Shown here: piece after piece, positions 1-8,800 of the stretch
Layout of the letters: the number at the start of each line of letters is the position of its first letter
How positions within the stretch are numbered: the stretch's first letter is position 1
Origin: Stramenopiles sp. TOSAG23-3
Taxonomy: Eukaryota
Length of the DNA stretch: 20,000 bases
NCBI GenBank assembly: GCA_900128585.1
Contig: LT642151.1
Location: 48,437 to 68,436, forward strand
Direction: 5' to 3'
The notes under the pieces: model-generated
The model's database searches: none
Told to the model about the DNA's origin: nothing
What the model saw: only the letters and a program-made list of their open reading frames with translations
Translations under genes and position numbers: made by a program

Positions 1-1866
1 GATCGAGTACTCAGGTTCTTCGCACCCTTTGGGCACCATATGAAAGGACACGTTAAGTCCGGTGCGAACCTTTACCATCGTCTCGTCCACATTGGGCCCC
101 GGGGTATGGACGCGCACAACGGCAAGGTTGTTCAGGCATATCCCCTGTACTAAATCGTGGATCTCTGAAGGAAAATAACCCTTGCTGCCACTACCGTCGC
201 TGATGCAAGCCTTGAAGGAATCGATCGCTTGGCTCCACTGCCTTAAGGCAGCATGAATACTCCCTTTCAACAGATGAAGTTCTCGCGATTTCAAAAGGTC
301 GGGGCTTGGAGAGCTGTGCAAAAATTGCTCCGCGGTGCTCAAGGTGTCTAGGACTTTCTTCACTGCGAAACTGCCCTCTTCAACTTGGACCATGGCCAGG
401 GTTGCGTAGCATTCCCAGCAGCGATCGTCAATCCATACAGAGCGTTGGGCGACTTCGATGGCTTCGTCTACCTTTCCAGCAAACAAAAGAAATCGTGCAA
501 ACTTACTATACGTTCGAGCGTCCTGATTCTTCACGCGGATGACGGAGCGCATGTGGAGAGCGGCGGCCACGGGGCTATTTCTCCTGGACAACACGTCCGC
601 CAATTTCTCCTCCACGGTTGCAACGCTGCCTGGTTCTATTTGGGCGTTCGCGCCCTCCGAGTACAGTTCAAGGAGCTGGATCAGGTACACCTTTGCAGCT
701 TTGTCGTTGCCCTGTTGCACCAGGACGTCGGCCATCAGCGCAAGTGATTGCTTCCTGGCCCCCAGGTCGCTTTGCTCGGACGACAAGAGAACCGCCTTTT
801 GCGAGTGGGAGTGGGCTTCCTTGTACCGCTGCTCCTTCGCAAACAGCACGCCCAGTTTCAAATGCGCTTTCAGCAGTTTATCATTAAGCCACGTGGCCTG
901 CTGATAGTGCGATATTGCCCGCGAGATAATTCGAAAAATTTCGGACGTGTCGGCCTGTTGGCTGTACTGCGACAGCAGTTGCGCGTGCTTGTCGTGGCAG
1001 TCCCCGAGCGAGAGCTGTATCGTCGCCGACTTGGGCGCCATCCGGGTGGCCTTTTCTAAATTTTTCGTCCCCTCTTCCCAATTTTCTGCAAAGCACAAGA
1101 GGTTTCCGAGGCGGACGTACATGGTCACGTCGACTGCGCTGGGCGCCATGCTCCCAATGCCATTTTTAAGGATCGACGTCGCCAAACCGACGTTGTTGTC
1201 GTTTACTGCGCACTCCGCCAGGCCCAAGACCGATACGCCCAGCAGCCCCTCCTCGACCTTCCCGTCCTTGGTTTCGGCAGACTTGTAATATTTGCACGCC
1301 TCGGTCTTCTCCCCCATGAGCGACAGGGTATGGCCTGTTAAAACATCAAGACTGCTCAGCCTATCGTTTTTGCTGACAGCTTTCAGAAACGCGTCCCGGG
1401 CTTTCCCCAGCGTTTCTGTGTGCTTCTGGGTGACGTTGGCCGGCAGAGCCTTTAGGTACGAGAAGCCTAGCTTGCAGTGCCCCTCTGCCATATTCGGCAC
1501 CAACAGGGACACCACCTTGAAATACTTGACTGCACTATGGTACTCGGACGACGCCAATGACTGGGCCCCCTTCTCCCAATTTTCCAACGCGCGTTCGAGG
1601 CGGCCCTCTTCCTCCACTATTCGACGAGCCTGCTCGTAGGAATGTGTTTGGCTATTCGCCACGTTGACCCCGCTGGGCACACTGGAGAGTTTGGCCATTT
1701 GTTCTTTGATATACAGCCCGCCACCGTCGCACGCACGCAAAACGTGCGTGCCTACAAGACTCTGAGGTGCAACATGCCCCGATAGAAAGGCGAGAACAAT
1801 CGCGCCAAATGCAGCACGGAGCCCAAACAACCCCCTACCACCAAAAAAGACCTGCCGTGTCGCCAT
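1..1866 (-). CDS. TPR-repeat protein with predicted N-terminal signal peptide/anchor; 3'-partial (continues beyond position 1)
   Basis: Manual translation from ATG at 1866 is open to the window edge (622 codons, no stop, hence absent from the ORF track). Begins MATRQVFFGGRGLFGLRAAFGAIVLAFLSG (basic then hydrophobic). TPR-like helical pairs: AEGHCKLGFSYL, MYVRLGNLLCFAENWEEGTKNLEKATRMAP, AHLKLGVLFAKEQRYKEAHSHSQKAVLL, YSKFARFLLFAGKVDEAIEVAQRSVWID, LHLLKGSIHAALRQWSQAIDSFKACI. The + strand ORFs at 306-1639 are its antisense shadows. Confidence 0.88.
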   Translation of the reverse strand, partial: MATRQVFFGGRGLFGLRAAFGAIVLAFLSGHVAPQSLVGTHVLRACDGGGLYIKEQMAKLSSVPSGVNVANSQTHSYEQARRIVEEEGRLERALENWEKGAQSLASSEYHSAVKYFKVVSLLVPNMAEGHCKLGFSYLKALPANVTQKHTETLGKARDAFLKAVSKNDRLSSLDVLTGHTLSLMGEKTEACKYYKSAETKDGKVEEGLLGVSVLGLAECAVNDNNVGLATSILKNGIGSMAPSAVDVTMYVRLGNLLCFAENWEEGTKNLEKATRMAPKSATIQLSLGDCHDKHAQLLSQYSQQADTSEIFRIISRAISHYQQATWLNDKLLKAHLKLGVLFAKEQRYKEAHSHSQKAVLLSSEQSDLGARKQSLALMADVLVQQGNDKAAKVYLIQLLELYSEGANAQIEPGSVATVEEKLADVLSRRNSPVAAALHMRSVIRVKNQDARTYSKFARFLLFAGKVDEAIEVAQRSVWIDDRCWECYATLAMVQVEEGSFAVKKVLDTLSTAEQFLHSSPSPDLLKSRELHLLKGSIHAALRQWSQAIDSFKACISDGSGSKGYFPSEIHDLVQGICLNNLAVVRVHTPGPNVDETMVKVRTGLNVSFHMVPKGCEEPEYSI

Positions 1867-2269
1867 AGTTACGCACGAACTTGTTTGCGCGCTTTCCCCC
1901 GTGCTTGGCCGTGCACTCACCACTGCACTGCTTCTCGTTTGACACACTTGGTACCCGTAAGGAGCGAATATGTTACAACTAAAACCACTCTCTTGTATTC
2001 CGATGCGTACGCAACCGGCTTTGTTGGCGTTGATTAAACTATTCGTCTTTCTACACTCTACATTATCTTTTTAATTATTTACGTTTGCTTGTACCTAAAA
2101 CTATTGCAAACATAAACATCAAATTTTCCTCACAATCCATCCATCTTCTAATTTTTTTATTTTTTTAGACCGACGACCATTGGTGGTACTTGGTACAGTA
2201 GTATAATAATAACTAATAATAACTGACCTTATAATCATCATCTATCTCCTGACGTATTTAACAACTAAT

Positions 2270-2334
2270 AGAAGAAGAAAGAAAGAAGAAAGAAAGAAAG
2301 AGAAGAAAGAAAGAAAGAGAAGAAAGAAAGAAAA
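2270..2334. repeat. (GAAA)/(GAA) purine microsatellite
   Basis: Uninterrupted purine tract gaagaagaaagaaagaagaaagaaagaaagagaagaaag... seen directly. Confidence 0.9.
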
Positions 2335-3586
2335 TTATGATGATCATCGATCATTAAATTATATATCTTTCTTTTCTTTTAAAGTATATTATAGATAGGG
2401 TTATTATAAATGAAAGTATATTTATTTGTTATGTTTATGTGTATTATTAATTCTTTATTTATAATGTAAATATGTTTTAATTATAAATTATATAGGTAAT
2501 GTTTATGTTTTCAAATCGTTCTTTTTCTTTTTTATGATGATGGACTCTCCAAGCTGGTTGATAGGGAGGGTATTAACCCAATGGTATTCATATGTACTTA
2601 GAAAGAGATAAGTTAAATCAGAAAAAATCCGCATCGCTTTTGTACCACATATATTGTACATATACTTGTACAGCATCAACTAAAAAAAGGGCCAATCAAA
2701 CCAAGTAAAAGAACAAGCACAAATTACTGTATTCAAAAAAACTCATACCTATCTAATTTTAGCCACGTAAAAATAAACAAGAGAGCCAAAGCTCTTCTTT
2801 GCGAATTTCTTCAATAGAATCTTATGTACGCTGTGTATATGTATTAATATACCATGAATTCGTTTTCTACTATTTTATTTAGAATATTATTTTGTGACGA
2901 CAAGCTAACTCTCCTAAATTATTATTTTTAAATTATTATCTTGGACGAGTGTGTCATCTATTTTCTTCGCAATTTATTTGATTGGTTCGTGCGAAAGAAG
3001 AAAGTTTTACGAAGTACGGTAAGCACTAAGGATTGTGTTGTGGATTTTCATATTTTGTTTTTGTTATAGGTTTTACATATATTTTTAGATTATTATATAC
3101 AGTGTACGTATATATATTAAATTATTATAAATGGAATCTTAAAGATGCGGATTCTCATATCCTCCTCACTGCCTTAAAATTCTTGTTTGTATTTTTGCTT
3201 AGCTGAGTCGAGACGTGTAACGTAACGGCGTTTCTTTTGCTGAAATCGAAGGAGGAGTTTATTTTTTATAATAATATTTATACGTGGGGGCAGCAGAGGA
3301 GGAAGTATAAAGTTTAGTTGAAGTCTAGAGCTGTACTACTGGTACAGTACATGAAGTAGTAATTATACGACTATATCGATGACAATAATATGGTGGGGAA
3401 GGCGGGCGGCGGGGGGGTTAAAAAAAGATTAATATAAAAATAACAAATATATTTTAAGTTTTAAGTTATTAACAATCCAAGAAGATAACATTTTGTAAGG
3501 GAAAAATAGTTTTGCCATAATTGTTAGCAAACGTTACATGGGAGGTTTCCACGGCAAGGTAAGAAGAATTTTAGTTTGAGGCAAAC

Positions 3587-5464
3587 ATGTGGACAAAACA
3601 ATCGCCGACGAGGAAACGGGGAAGGCGACGGTCCACGAAAACAATTCCAAAGGTGCGGACGGATGCATCAAACGTACTTGGTGAAAGGACATTGAGCTGC
3701 AAAAAAATACCTCGGTCGCCATCGTGTACAACTTCACCAACCATCTCTCCTCCTCCCCTAAAACTGTCCCCTTCCCATTCGGTTAGTACATCGTTCTGGA
3801 CGTCTCCAAGGTTGCAAAACTCGCCGCGTCGACCCGAAGTCAACCATGTAGACGGGGACAATGCGCCGAGCAACAAGTCGCCATTAAAGGCCCGAAGGGT
3901 CGTCTCGGTGAAGAAACTGTTGGCACAAGATCAACCCAACAACCAGCAAGAGCAGGGCAGTGAGCCTGGACAAAAGGCAACTTTGGGCAACGAGAAACGC
4001 AACGAGCAACGCAACGAGAAACGCCGGTCGTCCATTCACCTATTGCAGGCAGGCGCAGACGGCGCCCACAAGGAAGGAAATTCCCATGTTCACGTTCTGA
4101 AGGAGAAATTAATGCATAAAATGGCCACCCTGGCGATGGATGACGACGAAGCAGTTCACACTGCAAATGTAGAATTGAGCATGCTAGACGTGCACGACCT
4201 GATCTCTACGCTAGCAGAGTTTGAGTCTATGCTGTCCATGGGGAACGTTCATGTGGACGACTTCGACGATGTCAGCACAAAAGAAATTATTGGAGAGTAC
4301 TCCCCTAGTACTAAATCAAACAAGACGTTCGCGATGCGGAAATGGGGAAAAGCGTTAAAGAGCATTTCAAACAAAATACACCCCGACAAGAGAAAAGACC
4401 ACGTTCAGTTTTTCAAATCGCTAAAAGTCCTCAAGGTGCCGGCCAGCACCATCAAAACTGCCCTAGGCCTTTTGCAAGATTTTGGAAAATGGCATTTAGA
4501 CATTCTAGAACTTGGCGAAATATGCGGTAAAGAGACGTTTGCTTTCTTGGCACATTTGGTCTGTCAGAGCCTCCCGTTGGATCTAGACTCCATCAATGTA
4601 GACCCAGAGGTCCTGCACAACTACATGGAGGCGATTGCAAGGCATTACCGTGAAGACAACCCGTACCACAATGCGCTGCATGGCGCAGACGTTGGGCATG
4701 CCGTGTTTCATTTTTTGACAGTCGAACATTGGGACGAATTCATGAAGCCCCTCGAGGTGTTTAGCTGTGTTATGGCCGGGTTCTTGCACGACTGTGGTCA
4801 CCCAGGCGTGAACAACGCTTACCTCGTCAACACATCTCACATGCTGGCACTGCGGTACCATGATCGCTCGCCATTAGAAAACATGCATGCGGCGATAGCA
4901 ATGGAGACTTTGAAAGAGGATGGGTGCAATTTTATGGCCACCATGACGCGGGGGAGCAGGAAAACGTTTCGTAGTATTCTAATTGAAACCATCCTTGGGA
5001 CCGACAACGCGCTGCACTTCGACCACATCATGAGACTGCAAGATAACTTGATGAAAGGCCATCAGAAAGACAACCCCTTTACAGTGGGCGACGAGGGCAG
5101 TCGAATGTTTATTCTGCAGCTGCTCCTGCATTTGTGCGATTTGTCCAACCCTGCGAAACCATTGTCAACTTATTTGCAGTGGTGCGACCTCGTAATGGCA
5201 GAATTTCACATGCTTGGAGACAAAGAGAAAGAAGCCGGGTTGCCCGTGGGACATATTTTTAAAAGGGAGACCCCTTTGCACGATGTGCAAATTGGGTTTG
5301 TAAAGTATTTGGTGAATCCGTTCTACTTAGAGATGAACAAAATTGGCGGCGTTGACCTGAAAACACAACTTTCGTGTATAGACATTAACCTTAAGTACTT
5401 TCAGGACATCAAGAAGCTAAAGGAGGAAGAGGAAAAGAAGGAGAACGACGCAAAGAAGGAGTAA
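3587..5464 (+). CDS. Class I 3',5'-cyclic nucleotide phosphodiesterase (PDEase_I, HD fold)
   Basis: 625-aa ORF with NPYHNALHGADV, the HD signature LHDCGHPGVNN, YHDRSPLENMH, ILGTD, HLCDLSNP, W..LVMAEF..GDKEK and the invariant Gln in QIGF. N-terminal ~250 aa is S/P/K-rich and probably disordered. True start uncertain (see finding at 3538). Confidence 0.96.
   Translation: MWTKQSPTRKRGRRRSTKTIPKVRTDASNVLGERTLSCKKIPRSPSCTTSPTISPPPLKLSPSHSVSTSFWTSPRLQNSPRRPEVNHVDGDNAPSNKSPLKARRVVSVKKLLAQDQPNNQQEQGSEPGQKATLGNEKRNEQRNEKRRSSIHLLQAGADGAHKEGNSHVHVLKEKLMHKMATLAMDDDEAVHTANVELSMLDVHDLISTLAEFESMLSMGNVHVDDFDDVSTKEIIGEYSPSTKSNKTFAMRKWGKALKSISNKIHPDKRKDHVQFFKSLKVLKVPASTIKTALGLLQDFGKWHLDILELGEICGKETFAFLAHLVCQSLPLDLDSINVDPEVLHNYMEAIARHYREDNPYHNALHGADVGHAVFHFLTVEHWDEFMKPLEVFSCVMAGFLHDCGHPGVNNAYLVNTSHMLALRYHDRSPLENMHAAIAMETLKEDGCNFMATMTRGSRKTFRSILIETILGTDNALHFDHIMRLQDNLMKGHQKDNPFTVGDEGSRMFILQLLLHLCDLSNPAKPLSTYLQWCDLVMAEFHMLGDKEKEAGLPVGHIFKRETPLHDVQIGFVKYLVNPFYLEMNKIGGVDLKTQLSCIDINLKYFQDIKKLKEEEEKKENDAKKE
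3989..4024 (+). repeat. Coding 12-nt tandem repeat x3 (NEKR-NEQR-NEKR) within the PDE
   Basis: aacgagaaacgc aacgagcaacgc aacgagaaacgc seen directly. Confidence 0.85.
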
Positions 5465-5525
5465 GAGAAGGATAATATGCATACACGAAAGCACAAACTA
5501 ACATAGTGTGCACAAACAGTATCAT

Positions 5526-5761
5526 AGCCACAATTTTCTTGTTTTAATGTAAAACAGCCAATTTTTTGTTTTTAAACGTAACCTCTAATTGGACAAAAGC
5601 TGAGTAGATTCATTTTCGCGGTATTATAAAATGAGGAAAAGCTAAATTTTAATTTCTGTGTCTAAATAAAAAAAAAACAAGAAAATTGGCTGTTAGGATT
5701 AGGGTATATGAGGAAGCTAAATTTAATTATACTTAAATAACAGCCAATTATTTTTGTTTTT
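5526..5761. repeat. Cluster of direct and inverted copies of an AACAGCCAATTTT(C)TTGT motif in the convergent spacer
   Basis: Copies at 5526 (degenerate), 5553-5572 (+), 5677-5695 (reverse complement) and 5738-5761 (+); also a TGAGGAA(AA)GCTAAATTT direct repeat at ~5632 and ~5709. Confidence 0.75.
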
Positions 5762-5840
5762 ATAAGTTTTTTCGTCATTTTAGCCTGTTATTAATAATAT
5801 TTCATGTAAAATATCATTGGTAAAGAAAACAGTGTAATCT

Positions 5841-8800
5841 TTATTCAATCATCGGCATGTACGGCTGGGCATACAATGCAGCGTCCGCTTCGTCTTTCAG
5901 CCCTTTCAACCACTCCTTTCGCTCAAAATGATCCTGTATAATGCCCTCATCGTCGCTTTCTGTGCCTGGAAGCGCTTCCACACCAAGCCCTGAAACTGCT
6001 TCCCCCGCCGCCAATGCCTCTTCTCGGATGCAATGGTTGTACACTTTTTCGTACGTGACTTGATCTTTCTGCACCTTATTCACCAATTTTCCGACGAGTT
6101 CTGCACTTTTCTGTGGGTGAAGCAAGTCATGAAGGCCAGGAGAAGACAACTTAACCGCAGACTGGTACATGTTTTCGCTTTGTATGGATTTCAATGCCGA
6201 TGCATCGATGTGCCCACGGCCATCTCTGTCGAAAACCTGAACAAAAAGGCGCACCGACCGTGCAATGAGATTTGGAAGCTCAATGTGTGCACACTCGCGG
6301 ACGCCCTCCCACGGGCTTTCAATAGTTTCGATCCCTTTTCGAGTACGCTTCAACTTGCATGCATCGTACAGCGTAAACATAGCGGCGAACAAACGTTTTT
6401 GCAAAGCATTCGCAAGCGATTCAAAGCGATTGATAAGGTTTCTGATTCCAAGCGCTATGTTATCTTTATGCACAGCATCTTTTTTTCGTAAGACGACGAC
6501 CTTTTCGAAATCGACCAACAAGCAGCGGATATTAGGCTTAAAATCGTCTGCATCATATGCTATTAACAAGCTCGACCCAAAAAAGTCCATGTTGTTATGT
6601 TTTGATTGTAGTGATTCAAGCCGCGTCTTTAACGTTGAAACGATTTCTCTCAGCAGATCTATGCGAACGATTGTTTTGCTGGAACCTAGCGTCAGGAAAT
6701 GCTCAAAAGAGCAGTCAGTCTCGTCGTCTGCGCCAATATCAACAAACTGCTCAAAGTCAGGGTTCCACATGCGCATGCCTACCAGTTCGTATGCATCACC
6801 CAGTCCTAATTTTTTTCCTTGCTTGTCAGAGCCTATCTTTACGTCCATTATACAAGGGCTCGAGAAACCTTTTGAAATATTTTCTATACTAACGTACTTG
6901 ACAGCGTGATGATAGCAAATGCCACCAAATCTTGGAATAATCCTTCTAATAGCAGTGTTTGTTGCCGCCATGTGCTCGTAAAACGCTTCCTCCACCTCGG
7001 TTGTGTGCTTGCCGATGAATCGATCGGTCTTGTTCGGCCAAACAAAGCGCACACTCCCGTCCACCGTCTTTTCCTTACCCCCAATGCGATCAATGTACTC
7101 CCGGCTGACGTTATCATTTCGCGATACCTTCCCGCTTCCTTGCTTCTGTCTAACCAGGTACTTTTCGTTCAAGCCGCATAAAAATACTCGAAGTTCGTCC
7201 TGGCTGATTTCGTCCATGGAAGCGGTGCACTTTACGGGCAATATGGTCAAAGTTGACCAGTACCATTCGGGCTCCAGAAGAACCCTAGCCGTTGCACAGA
7301 GTTCAAGCTTTTCCTTAACAATGGGATCGGTTACGTAATGGATTATGTTCACCTTCTTTGTGGGCGCATACTTGTGCAAATCCAACTTTTCAACACGCAT
7401 GATGGTGTACAAATTGTTCAGTGCCTGATTCAAATCGTACTCTGGGCTTGCTCTTGGGTATTGTTTCACGTCCGTTCGAAGCTTGACGTGCCCCCATCCC
7501 GCGCACAGACCGGCACAATAAATGACCATTTCGTCGTAGGTAATTTTGATTTCTATCGCATCTAGTGCTTCCTCCAGCGTTTGGCCCTCTGGCAGTACGT
7601 AGGAATGTGACGCGAGTTTCTTTGATTCCAAGGCCAGCAGAGTCTGCTTCAAACAAAGGAAAAGATCACGGTCCTGCTCCCGCAGCTGAAGAATAGGCGT
7701 TAAGGTTGCAATTTCAGACAAAGCATAAGGCTCGTCCAGCTTGTCAATTATTGATTGCAAGGGTACAGGCGCATCTTTTGAAAACCCAGAAATATCATAA
7801 AATGCGTCCAAAGTAGCAGAAATTTCTTTCAGCATTTTCATCGCTTCCTTCACGTTCAAAACTACTGAATTCTGGGCTGCCACGACACCGCTGCAAAACC
7901 CACGAACTTCTTCGAACGTGACAAAGCCATCGTTGTCGGTATCGATAGCCATTAACGTTGCCCAGAATGCGCGGGGTTTTAGCAGAGGTTGTAGTGGGGC
8001 GCATTTGCGAATTATGTCTCGAATATTGTCTTTGTGCAAACCATGCATCAAATCAACTTTTGTTATTTTACGCTCTGCCCCGTGGCCCATGGCCTCGAAC
8101 AATTCCATCAGTATGGACTTTAAATCGTTGTGCACGTCTTTTTGAGCTTCCCTGTTCTCTAAATCAAAATCAGATTCTTCCAGGGCGCTCATAGCCAAAT
8201 CGCTCTTGACGGCAATGTCTTTGCTCGCGTCCATTGAGTACATGCCTGTACAGAACATACGCAACTCCTGAAAATCTACGCTTCCGTCATGGTTTGTGTC
8301 CATTGCATTAAAAGTTTCCTTGTAAGTCCGGGGGTGCAAAAGGGGTTTGAGAGGGGGGCACTCATTTATCATTTCGCTCACGGCGGGTTTACCTAGCGAC
8401 ATCATGATGTCTTTTTTTGAGATTTTCCCTTGCCCATGCTTGTCAATTGTGTCGAACAACTCCTGCAGCGAATTTTCCAATTCCCGAACGTCGCTGTAAA
8501 CATTTGCAAAGTGCTTCTTGCGCTCCTGGGTCCGCTTAACAGCAATCGCCCGCTCTTGACGACCGCGGGCTATGTGCTGGATTTTGGCCGCCGCGTTCTT
8601 TTGTTTTACTAGCATTTGTCGGTCTGCCTTGCCACGTTGGAGTTTTTGGATCTTCGTCGCAGCAAGGGCTCGCTGCTCTTCTTCAAGTGCTTCCGTGTCG
8701 TCCTGATCAGTTTCCATAATGTCGTTGATGTGGCTCAAAACATCGTCGTCTCCAGGTTTAATTTCCGAGGCATCTGTAATTGAAACTTGCACACGGCGAA

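Noticed and set aside
306-1639. Several + strand ORFs of 78-121 aa
   Set aside because: Antisense shadows of the minus-strand TPR gene, with no recognisable motifs.
2191-3349. TGGTACAGTA at 2191 and 3340, plus scattered ACGT-core motifs in spacers
   Set aside because: Too short to distinguish from chance without genome-wide statistics.
5526-5761. CRISPR-like reading of the spacer repeats
   Set aside because: Mixed orientation, degenerate copies, irregular spacing, eukaryotic context and no cas genes.
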